A stretch of DNA of 64,000 bases from Bugula neritina (Eukaryota > Animalia > Bryozoa): contig OZ037767.1 in the NCBI GenBank assembly GCA_964035545.1, positions 16,734,581-16,798,580 of the forward strand. Direction: 5' to 3'. Below, in pieces: positions 45,766 to 58,500 of the stretch (position 1 is its first letter; the number at the start of each line of letters is the position of its first letter). Under the pieces are notes generated by a model, which ran no database searches, was not told the origin of the DNA, and saw nothing but the letters and a program-made list of their open reading frames with translations. A program made the translations under genes and the position numbers.

Positions 45766-48700
45766 TCATGGGAAGTCAACTTCGCAGGCGTATGGTATGA
45801 ATGTGAGACAGTTGAAGTAGCGAATGCTGCCAGTAATGCTGGGTTGAGTGACGTAGAACAGGTAGGTTAGTATGGAGGTGAACACAATGAGACTGATGCC
45901 ACTCGCTACTCGTAGTGCTATCATGCATACTCTGTGTCGCTGAGTAAACGGGATATACGGCATCAGCAGCACAGAGCAGGGCACTCCAAATAGAGCCCCG
46001 GCCATGTTGGTAAACTGATTCACCTACAAGTAAGATAACCATCTGTAATGATGCAAAAATTATAGGCTTTTTTGTAAATTTTAGCAACTTTTAAAATATG
46101 TTTCTAGTGAACTATTTCATAAATTTGAAATTTCTGACCACTTTTTCTACCGCTAAGAATATAAAGACGGATGGGTGCATAGAGAAACAAGTCATATGAA
46201 ATTTGTGCACAGCTCATGTCATTTTGTCGGGTCTTGGTGTAGGCACATGCTGTGTGAAAGTATTACAACCTATCTTACATTAGAAGTATTTATCACCCAG
46301 AAGCAGGGCTTTCCTAGTAGCCGTACGACTACACATGTCTACCAATATTATTCTTATTTAAATCAATTGTATAAAATTGATTGAACAAAAATTAATAATC
46401 TGTCACTAAAATTTAAGCAAGGAAATAATTTGTTTTCATAATTTTGCAATAAAGCGTTCAGGATTTAATTTCTATTTATAAAAAAAATATTTGTGCAACT
46501 CGCACAGATTAATGCTGGATCACTAAGAAAAGCCAACAGTAAGTCGATTTCAAAGTCTAAATAAGACTGAATCAATTTATTTGCATGTGTTCATCGCATG
46601 GTGCTGCAATGGTTGACATTTACATGTTCCACTATGAGCATAGGCATACCTAACCTCTGTTTTCATACAATATAGCAGCACACAGGCTGTTTTCATATAC
46701 TATACAATTAATTGATTATAGCCCAGTACTACTCACCCCAGGTAGTAGTCCCAGTCCTAGAATAATTGTGTAAAGTAGAACCACTCTGGCTACAGCCTTC
46801 AACTTGTTCTCTACTAAAGGCCATGACTGTAATAGCTCAATGGTGTGTATAGATATTAGACCTGATATCGCTCCTCCTGAACCTAAGTTCGGTATGTAGG
46901 GTATGATCACCGACCCCAACAGCAATCCACCAGTACCACACAACTAAAACAGACACCACCGCACTATACTGTGTTAGCTAAATATAATAGATATAGGTCT
47001 CTGGTATTTCAACCTAGGATTTTACAGCTATGTGCATACTGTTAAATATGTTGTGATTGGGTAATAACCAAAGAAAGGACAGCTGGGCACATAAGTTATG
47101 TTTTCTACCTAAAGTCGTATTGGTGACATTGAACTACACTGATACTGCAGCAACTAGTTTCTTCGTTGCCCATAGCAACATACCCTAGGAGCCACTGCGT
47201 GTAGACTGTAGAAGAACATTATCATCATAGCAAATATGACAAGTTTAGATGCATTATTTATTCTCAGGAATATTACCAACACTATAGGAAGATACACATC
47301 TACTTTGAAGTTGTCTGCATTCTAAACCTTCAAGTAGTGGAATTGGCCCTTTTACACAGATGCATTTTTATATCTCTAAAATCTAAGTGCCGTAAAACTT
47401 ATGTTAGCTAGTGAACAGTGAACTAACTGATGGTGCATTGTGGTATAGACAGTAACTTACGAAATACATGGCAGCCATTTTGAGCCAGCCAGCAACCTTT
47501 TCTATCTTAATGCCAATATAGCACTGCAGTATGGCAAACAGCACCATGTGTATTATACCTTCGTGGTATATCAGAGATAGAGGAATTCTCCAGAACTGGG
47601 AACCTGATTTCTCTTCCTCCTGTTGAGAAATATTTATTTTACTCACCAGTTAAATTCAAAACAAGCTTATCTTCAGAGTTTTCATATAATTTTACAAACT
47701 GGAGATTTTAAAACATTCTTCAATTAAGTAGGGTTTTGCTGACCTCAAGCTCAGCCAATTTAATGGATGAACAGAAATATTATACAGCCATACCTAAACA
47801 ACACTATCTTCAGTTATGAAACAATGCCCAGTAAATTTGGTAATACTGGTGCTATTCTCAGGAATGTTCAGCAAGTCAATACTTGACTTGTATTGCCTTT
47901 CCACACGCTAGTTACCTATCTAGGGAACAGCCGTGGTCTAGAGGTTAGAGCATTGGTTTAGTAAACACAAAGTCATGGGTTCCAACCCGACAAAAGGCCA
48001 TTGGTGATGTTAGGAAGAGCATCCAGTCATAATTGCTCTTGTGTCACATATGAATAAGTCCTTAGCCTGATTTAAAAAAACCATTTCCATCAAGGTTTCT
48101 CACAGGGATAGTGACTATAAACTTGTGTGAATTTTTAATTACAAGCACATTTAGCAGTTACACTAGTTACCACGTAGATATGAATCCAGACAGGGCAAAC
48201 TCCCTCCGACAAGCGAGACTCACCGAGTGCACTCCGCCGTCGTCCTGAGGGCTGCAGATGTCATGGCCGCACCTTGCCTGACTGCAATGCTCGAGACCGG
48301 AGATGTGCCAGGTACCGCCCAGTATTACACAGTGCTTGTGACTCACCAAGATACACTGCCCTCTCCCTCCGAGACAGCAGGGCTTGAAGTCATGTCTTAC
48401 GTACACCTGTTAGCAGTACAAACAATTAACTCCTTTATGGTAGAGAGTGAGTGTGGAGCATATGCAAGTCTTTGACAGTTAACATGTAGTGACAAGTGTA
48501 ATAGCATTCTAATATTTAAAATATGAAGAAACATACAAAAGCAGCTTTTTATGGAAAAAAATTCAAATGAATTCTTTAATTGTAACCATAGAGCTTGTAG
48601 CAACTGAAGTATTTTATTAGTAGAAAGATCTGTCACGTTGATGTGAAAGAACTTGCTCATTTAGAGCACAACTCCAAATCTAATAGGAGTGTCGGCTAAT

Positions 48701-51700
48701 TCATGTTTACAATAATCTTTCACATTAAAATCAAATCAGATGGACTAACCCCAGTGCTTTTCGTTCTTTTACTGCACGTCACATTCTTCCACTGAATTTC
48801 TCTGACTTCAAACAGGTTTTGGATTTCTTCACATTCTTGTTGAGTTGTGGTCCCTTGAACACAGGGTTTAGAAGTGAGACAACTCTTAATAATAAGCTAA
48901 CCATATGGATTAGCTGTACTATATTTTAAACACTTTTACAATTTTCTGTTTATAGCAAAATACTATAAAGTTACAAAATACTATAAAGGACCTTTGCCAA
49001 GAGAATAAGTTATAAAAAATATTCACTTTATCAATTATCACGTAATCAAGCGTCCTAAAATTGTTTAAAAAACGTATCCATGAAGTTAAATCAAGCAAAG
49101 AACTTTCACTCCAACTTTCAGCGTTATGAAATCATGTGACTGACTATGAAATCACGTGACTGATTTTTTAGTCATGTGACTGACCTGCGCCTCTTCCGGT
49201 AGCCTCACAGCAGCCCAACTCTGATTCTTTTGCACTATACAGTGCATCTCTGTAAAGGAACATGCAGAGAGTTTGTGTTAAGTATATAAAACATAATAGT
49301 AGGTAATCATATATGTATATTTGCTATATACTACATCTGTTTGAGGCACCTCCCAATAAACCGAGACATGCAACATAAGAAAATGTAAGGAAACATTCTA
49401 ATAAGATGAGAATACAGTATCATGACATGTACCTTAGTAGGAAATGTTTGTCATTTCTCAAACAAGGAGCGTATAAAGCACCCCCTTTGACTAGTTTCTC
49501 CCGCGAAGGCCCCGCCCACATGTTGGGTGGTACGAAGTGCTCTATTGTTCTCACTCCACTCCAAGTTACAATCTCCTCTGAATCAGAAGAAAACAAACTC
49601 AAAACGTACAACACTGACATTGCTACTGGGGCTCAACACGAGACCTCTGGCTTGCAAGCAGGTGTGTTAACCATTACACCACAGGGACTACTGAGTAAAG
49701 TCAACACTAAGCTACAGTATACCACACCACAGAGGATATAAACTAAGCTTGTAGACTAATCTCTGACTCACCTACTAGCAGTCTCTCTGACGCGAGTCGG
49801 GGAGGGACAACTCCAGATGAAGCGCAGAGCATAGCGATGGCTATAGCCTGTATAACTGTGATGGTGTGAATAAACCACGGGGTGTACACAGGTAGGGCCT
49901 CCAACTTCTGTCTTATATCAGCTCGGCTAAATCCTTTCTGTAGAATCTTTGGTCCTGAAAAATACGTACCACATTGTAAATCCTGAATGGCTTGTGTACA
50001 TACTGACAATTAGCCCTGTCCACCTACACACAGTGGTCAGGGTGGAGGGTCACAAGGATACGAACTTTCCTCATTCAATTACATCTCCTTGTGCATATTC
50101 CTTGTACTTACTATTTTTACATACTTTATATACAGAATCTATGTACAAGTTTACTTCATATACTTACTCTATGTACTTACTTCATGTACTTACTTCGTGT
50201 ACTTACTTCATGTACTTACTCTATGTACTTACTTTATGTACTTATTTCATGTACTTACTCTATGTACTTACTCTATGTACTTACTTTATGTACTTATTTC
50301 ATATACTTACTTCATGTACTTACTCTATGTACTTACTTCATGTACTTAATTCGTATACTTACTTCATGTACTTACTCCATGTACTTACTTCGTATACTTA
50401 CTTCATGTACTTACTCCATGTACTTACTTCATGTACTTACTTTACTCACCTGTATATACAGCATCAGTGAGATAATCTTTTATTCTCTGAAATCTTTCGT
50501 GTAGAGACTTCTTTGGCTCATACTGAGAGGAATAATATTCTAAAAGATAGCCTTAGTTTTAGTAATAGCTTTGGAGCCGCCAGACTATATAAATTATTAG
50601 TTATTAGAGTCCTATCTTATGCACCAAGGCTACCAAAAAATTATCTACATAAAAATATTTCATTGCAGATTGTACATTCAAAATACAAGTAAATTGAAGG
50701 TGCAGTGCAAATTTGGAAAAGCCTGTAATTTTTATGAAAAACACTACAAAAGAAGTTATAGTCTCGTGAAATTTTTCAATTTGAGCTTTAAACCAAAATT
50801 TATGAAGACAATTAAAAGCTTGGGCCATTGAAATTTTTCTTTTAACGTACCCCAGTGGTACTTTGCTAAAACAGTTTTTTCTATACAAGACGAATTCACT
50901 TGTACAGATAAAAAGCTGTGAATAATCAGACATGACATCTACAGACAGGAAATGACACCTTTTGCCTTATACAGCGCGTCATCAATACGGTCCCTCTTCT
51001 CTATCAGCCTCTGTCTGAGTAGAGAGATCTGAGGCTCTATTTCCTCTTTCTCTAGTCTATCCAACTGCCTCTTGTTAGATAGGTACAGCTGGTAGGCCTC
51101 CTTCCCGTACACAAAGTCACTCGGGTTGACAGTTTTAGGGAGTTTCACAGTCGGCAGGTAGAAGCTGGCATCTTGTCTACAAATAGAGAAAGGCTTGTGT
51201 ACGCTGAATTTTAAAAAATAGTTTTAGGAAAACATGTAAGCAGCTGAATAACAATAAGTAGGACTTCTAACTACAAAATCAACATTTAAGAAAACCTCAA
51301 TCAACATGGCGACACATTTCTATCAAGGCTATGAAATATTCTCAGGCAAATATATTACAATATATAAGTTTAGTTAACTATATTAAGTAACAACTTAATA
51401 TATAGAAACACAGATCGTCTTAATGTTCCAGTATCCTATCAGTAGAAGTTCTTGTGGTAATTGAGATAAAATAATGAAAATTTTACCCGATTTGCAAAAC
51501 TAAGAGGCAAAGTTTCACTTTCACCACTATACTTATATACTGAGCATATCTACTAATGGTTAAAACCTTTAGATACAAAACAAGGTGCTATATAATATAA
51601 CCTTAGATAATAGCATATATCCACTGCTACACTCTACCACATATATAATAGTTAGTACAACTTACCCTGTGTGGTGCTCATCTGTCTGCTTAGAACTTTT

Positions 51701-53967
51701 CTCTATATTCTCAGCTGATATACAAATACAAAGAATTTGATTACCACATAAACATATTATTATAGTATTAGTATTAGCAGATCTGGTTTGCTTTAGTGAA
51801 AGTGAATTAAAAGACTTCAGACAAGTTTTTACAAGCTTTTTGCCCTTTGAATCACAGCATATGCTATTATACGATACAGCTTTTCAATATGGCATCACAA
51901 TGTAGCATCATATCTACACAGAATCTGCAGTATGATACTATAGCTATATTATTATACTGTCTCTAAGAACTCTGCGTATTGATATAAAAACTTAAACTAC
52001 ATCTTATACTAAATATAATGTATTCCCTGTACTTACACACATAACATTCTACACAACGCACTACACAATGTACTACACAACGCACTACACAATGTACTAC
52101 ACAACGCACTACACAATGTACTACACAATGTACTACACAACGCACTACACAATGTACTACACAACGTACTACACAACATACTCCCATACACTGGTTCCGA
52201 ATACACAGGATTCTGCTGCCCTCTGCTCTGCACATTCAATTTAGCCTCTTCTTCAAAATTCAGCAGACGTGTGGCGGCCCCTCGCACATCCTTGACCTGC
52301 TTCCTCTGCAGCACTTTCTCTGTAACCAACTCCTTCGCATCCCATTTCTCTGCATCTGAATTCATCTGAAAGAAATTTCTATCAACTTTTGGAACTACTT
52401 TACAGATTAGCAGCTTTATTCAGTTTTAAAACATACAGCTTGAGGGAGAATATGGGCAAGAGGGAAAGTTGATTGCTCTAAGGTACACTAAATACTATAC
52501 AGTGTCTGTAGAGTATGCATGTGGACAGCACATTTAAAATAGACAAAACTTATTAATAGCTAAAATAAAATTTTTATATCTTCTTTCAAACATTATGATC
52601 ACTCTTAACGTGAAACTGTTGCAAAAAGAATAAATTTATGGCAGTAGTCACGATAACTGAACAATTTCTGGATAATTAATTTACTACACAGCAGCAGAAA
52701 GTCAGCAAATCTAACTGTATAATAAATATACTGGATTAAATCCAAATACATGCATGTCGGAGTTCTTAATCAGCTATATATTATTACATTATATTATATA
52801 TTACACTATTATATTATATTTTACTATATTATATATCATTATAATTATTATAATATATTTTATTATAATATGTCATATTTTATTATATCATATTATATAA
52901 TATCATATTATATTATATTATATTAATTAACTCAGCCTGAGGGTTAAGCTGACACAAACACTGCTCACCTGAGGGTCAGATCTGGAACTCTTAGCCGGTT
53001 TCCTGGAGCTGGTGGCAGCGGCGTTTGACATGTCGGTGAAAGTGATGTGTTCGTCATCTTTCTCCAGGAAGGGCGTGGCTAGAGTGAAGTAGAACAGATC
53101 GTCATCATGGTCAGAGTTGTCTTCTTCCTTCAGAAACATCTCCCTCCAAGTATTAGTACAATAGTATATCGCCATTGCATGCGCGAGAGTAGTATATATG
53201 GTATAGCAAGAGCTGTATACTGTATCATACTCTAGTACACTATAATATTATGTGCTATAGCATACCCTAGTATGGTATAATTATATATGCTATAGCATAT
53301 AAGAGTATACTATAATAGTATGTGCTATAGCATATAAGAGTATACTATAATAGTGTACGCTATAGCTTATTCTAGTATACTATTATAATACATGCTATAG
53401 CATATCCCGGTATACTGTAATAGTATACTTACTCTACATCACTGTGTAGACTGAGGAACTTACTCTACATCACTGTGTAGACTGAGATACTCTACATCAC
53501 TGTGTAGACTGAGTACTTACTCTACATCACTGTGTAGACTGAGGTACTTACTCTACATCACTGTGTAGACTGAGATCATCCACCGCACTATTCTTTCTAC
53601 CAAACAACTTCCTGTTGCTCCTCATTGCCTGCAGTCTGTTGGATGAGGTGACATTTGACCTTGACATTCTCGGCGAGGTCGACAAAGCCAGCGCCTGTAA
53701 CTGCACCAACGTAAATACTATACAGTTACACTCTACTGAGTTATACTATACAGTTATACTTTTGACTATATACAGTGATACTATTCACTATAATATACAG
53801 TTGTACTATTGACTATATACAGTGATACTATTCACTATAATATACAGTTACACTATTGACTATATACAGTTGTACTATAGTCTACCGGTTTTGAAACTCC
53901 TTGCAAATCCTTTTCAGTTAATCTTCTTGCTGCTTCGGACAGCTCATTGTATAAAAGGGAAGGCTCC
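45766..53967 (-). CDS. Inactive rhomboid (iRhom/RHBDF-like) pseudoprotease, about 15 exons; 5' end uncertain (possible ATG at 54420)
   Basis: Long cytosolic N-terminus; IRQKLEALPVYTPWFIHTITVIQ first TM; Cys-rich iRhom homology domain (CCLGGRGQC..HCSQARC); QFWRIPLSLIYHEGIIH; IEKVAGW; LGSGGAISGL; LGLLPGVNQFTNMAGALFG. Confidence 0.8.
47923..48122 (+). mobile_element. tRNA-derived SINE in an iRhom intron
   Basis: Pol III A box tggtctagagg and B box ggttccaaccc at tRNA spacing, followed by non-tRNA body ggccattggtgatgttaggaagagcatcc. Confidence 0.6.
50150..50449 (-). repeat. 13-bp repeat reiterating A|GTAAGT directly after an iRhom donor
   Basis: Sense ACAG|gtgagtaaagtaagtacatgaagtaagtacatggagtaagt... 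x~23. Confidence 0.93.
52045..52181 (-). repeat. 12-bp repeat starting at an iRhom donor
   Basis: Sense GGGA|gtatgttgtgta gtacgttgtgta gtgcgttgtgta... Confidence 0.9.
53427..53574 (-). repeat. Five copies of an iRhom exon end plus donor (27-31 bp)
   Basis: Sense ctcagtctacacagtgatgtaga|gtaagt. Confidence 0.92.
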
Positions 53968-55133
53968 TGTATAGAATATAAAGTAGCAGTAATAATATCT
54001 ACAACAGTGTACGATACTATATTATGTTGTATATTACTTCAATGACTGTAACTAATATTGTATTATATATACGCATAGTTGATATATTATACTGCATTGC
54101 GAGAATATCACATCACGGTGTATTCATCAGGTAAACTAAGAGGGTGGAGGTGGGTTTAACAAACCTTCAGTTAAACAATCGTCGTGAAATTTTCTAAAAA
54201 TAATTCAAAACTTACCAAAAATGAAACAAAAAACTGAAACTCAAATCATAAATTTACCAACCGTTGATCTTCTGTAATAAAATATCAATGTTCTCATGAA
54301 ACAGTGTAAAGGTTTTAAGTATAATTATAATAAAGACAACTATGTAGAAATCTTGTATAGAATATATATAAATTCAGTTTACCTGGTTCTTTTGTGTTTA
54401 GACTTGGGCGAGGAAGACATGTTGAAATGTAGTGCAACTTCACACAAGTTTCATATTAAATATCCAAAACTATTTATCCCAAGCGCTACACACATCTGCT
54501 GTACTGAACAGATGGACTTCTTCCCCTTATAGCTGCCACAAGACTGTACATACTGTACAAGTTACTGTCACAGCGTACTGGCGTTACGTAATACTCCATG
54601 AGTTTTGCATTGTCTATTAAATTCTACAACTATGTTTGTCCTCAGCATATCTATTTCAAAGTATTGAGATTCAAAACTATATTTACACGAACATCACTGG
54701 CAAAAATCACTGATATAAAAAACCCGCTAATAATAAAAAGTTCTTAAAATACTTTATCTGATAACAGACACATAATATTTCAACAGACACATTAGATGCA
54801 ATGCAGCTCTAATGTACAATATACACGATACTATACAATATACATCAATCATGATAGTACTGTGCATTATACATACCTCATGTATAACCATTAGACTAAC
54901 TAACTACACTAACCAGATGGTGCAGATTAAACACCAGAATGTCTGTCTAGGAGTCACTAAACTCCTCTGAGACCTCTACACAGCCTCTTTCTACTACTCA
55001 AGATGAGTTTCACATTAACGAATGAGTGGATTAAATTAGCTATAGAATAGGCACTGTATGTACACTATATAACATTAGCTAGCAGTTGGTAAGTCATTGT
55101 GTATGTCTGTAAATAACTACACGTATCTAAATG

Positions 55134-55487
55134 TTACATCATAGAATCCAGGTAGCTCTGTAGACCTCGAATTGCGTCACTCGGCTCAATTCTATTACAG
55201 GACAGAGTCATCACGGCATTCAGTAGCAGAGAAAACGATTTTTTATCTCTTTTCTTGCAACATTTCTTAAAGGCCTACAAAATTTGAAAGAATTATTGTG
55301 CATTGTGTTACCACAATTACTAATGCTGGTATTACCACTACTACTACCACTACTACTGATACTAATACTACTACTACCACTACCACTACCACTAATACCA
55401 CCATTACCACTACCACTATTACTACCACTACCACTACTACCACTACTACTACTATTACCACTACTACCACTACTACCACTACCACTA

Positions 55488-55547
<60 letters not shown>

Positions 55548-58500
55548 ATACTACTACTACTATTACTACTAATACTACTAGCACTACCACTACTACTAAC
55601 ATACCTTTGAATTATTTTGACACGCCAACTGACAAATATCCCGGATTGATTCCTCGTCTGTTATTTTGTTAAACTGACCAGAAGAGAGGGCGGAGGAGAT
55701 GGAAAACTCGCTGTCTTCTACACGCTGCCTGAGCACCTGACAGAGAGACCAATCAGTTGAATACACAGAGTATTTCAACAGACAACTAACTGTTCTATAT
55801 TTGTACTGCTACTGTGACTGGTAAAGATCTTATTCTGTGAGTGACAGTGTATAACTAATACTGAGAGTGACAGTGTATACCTAATACTAAGAGTAACAGT
55901 ATATAACTAATACTGAGAGTGACAGTAATTTAACTAATACTGAGAGTGACTAGTGATGACTAATTAAACTCACCGCTCTGCTAGACAGAAGAGTTATCTG
56001 CCCACTAAACACAGCAGACCAAAGTTCAACCAAGTCTTTCACCAACACCTTCCTATAAGTAAAACAGTCTATATAAATTCCCGATGTGGTAAAGGACAAG
56101 AGATTAGACTCTGTCTGTCATAGATAAGCAACACATTGTACTACATCTCACTTGAGCTAGCTGTGAAAACGCTTAGTCTAAGTTCTTAGGCTACGAGATG
56201 ACACTATTACTACAGAAATCAGATAGCATATCATTGATATCTAGAGTTGCTAAAAATTTTAGCGCCCTACGTATGTGTACTGAACCAGAGTAGAGGTCAA
56301 ACTAATAAAGAAAACATCATCCTGTGAGGCGTGTAAGAGATGACAACTTCTATTATGCAACAGAAGTTTGGACATACTCTAGTTCAGTACACTGCAGTGA
56401 CACTGCAGTGTACTGTATTGACATAATATTATATTATATAACATAATATATCATAATCATAAAACACAATTCACTAAACACACCTTAGCAAGTCCTCCTC
56501 AGTGATCTTCAAATCCCCTGCCAGTTTCAACACATTATCATAGAGGAAGTCGTACATAGACTTGCTCACTGTCTCCGGTTCTAAGGAGCTGAGGCTTAAC
56601 ATCTCCATCAGTATGCAGTGTAGACCGAGCTCCTAACAGTATGATAATATATAAATTCATAGATACAATATAGATAATATATATATATATTTAGATACAG
56701 TAAGATAATAATTATATAGGTACAACAAGATAATATATAGACACAATAAAATAATATATAGATATAAGGAAGTGTAATACTAACCATGAGTATCCCAACA
56801 TGCTCAGCTGAGAGACCATATCCCAGAAGTCTCTGCACTGTGAGTGGGCGGAGCTCAGGAAGCTGAGCCCTAATCTCTTCAATACTCAACGTGTGGGGGC
56901 TAGTGGAACGCCCCTCCTCAAGGACTATAGGAGGGAGATTTGGCTCAGCCATGAATCTGTAGTCCTGTAGTCTCTCCTTATCCCTCATGGGCACAGTACA
57001 CCTGGTGGGATAGCAAGCAGTACTGAATACACGCCTAGTTTGTCAAGTCAATAATGTGTGTAATTGGTTTTCAACTGCTTTTATTCCAAATGCTTCATAT
57101 TAAAAAATAATATTGTAATAACATTCATTTTGAATTAAAATCTTTATTCAATACATTTCAAATAAAAAAGGTGGCTACTAAATAAATTTTTATTTATTTA
57201 TTAATTAAATGATTTTATTACACAAAGCATTAATGTGAATTATAAATTCATATAGAAAAGACAACTCTTAGAGTAACAATTATTTAAAGGAATGAATAAT
57301 CAACAGCCACTAGTGACAGCTACTAGTGACAGCTAGGAGTGACAGCTAGGAGTGACAGCTATAAGGGACAGCTATAAGTGACAGCTATAAGTGACAGCTA
57401 TACGTGACAGCTATGAGTGACAGCTATGAGTGACAGCTAGGAGTGACAGCCAGGAGTGACAGCTAGGAGTGACAGCTATAAGTGACAGCTATAAGTGACA
57501 GCTACTAGTGACAGCTATGAGTGACAGCTAGGAGTGACAGCTAGGAGTGAGAGTACCTGTTTGTGGTGTCAAAGGACATGGTCTCATTCTCTACTTTCCC
57601 TCCGCTTACAACTAAATTCTTCTGTCTCTCCACCTCATAATCTACAGTACACAAAGTCTATACAACACAATGTCAACTCTTACAGAATTTACTGTTTGTT
57701 TGGACTTGGAAAACAGAAAGTGAGACAACTCCAAGATAGAGAATTGTTTCATATATTATACATATGCGCATTGTACAGATGTTGTGAGGGTAGACAACTT
57801 CAAAATAAAATTGATGACAACAAACCTATTGCCTGCTGCACTGCCTTTAAGCTGTTGAGATTCTTCACCTCAGTTCTCACTCCGTACGGTTCTCCTGGTA
57901 CGTGTACCGATACATTGGCATCCACTCTTAAAGCCCCCTCTACACAATATTAACAGGCTACAGCGTGTAACTTATGGGTACACTGTCTATGTTATATAAC
58001 ATAGTGAGACATGGAACTAGAAAACCGAGCATTGAAGCTGCCCAGCAGCGAATAATCTAATTGATATCTATGGGTGTGCGTGCCTAGCTTACAGGCTCTA
58101 GCTTCATCATCTCAACAATCCAGTAAGAAGAGGCCAAATTCAACTTTATAGTATCTGCACTTTTAAATTAATTATTGTCTAATTCTAAACTGATAGAAAA
58201 ATAAACATTTGATTGAAAGTGCCATTGAATAAATTACCATGTGGAACTGGCTATTCTGTGTAATTACATTACGATGTGCTATGCTACGGCTAGGCAGCTA
58301 AAAAGTCTTTTTGACAACAATAAAACAGCAAAAAAGGAGAATAGGGTAGAGTGGAAGTGCAGGTAGAAATGAGGGTAGAAGTAGTGGTAAAGGAGATAAT
58401 GAAGGTGAGGTAGAAAGAAGAGATGGAAGTGGGGGTATAAGTAGATGTAGAAGTAGAAGGAGAGAATAGAAGGAGGGGTGATACTCACGCTCCATCTTCC

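Noticed and set aside
47923-47990. Possible tRNA gene
   Set aside because: Degenerate B box, no clean acceptor stem or terminator, and it continues into a SINE-like body
54165-54420. Candidate first exons of the iRhom gene
   Set aside because: I could not find a phase-consistent, stop-free path to the exon ending at 53967; left unresolved
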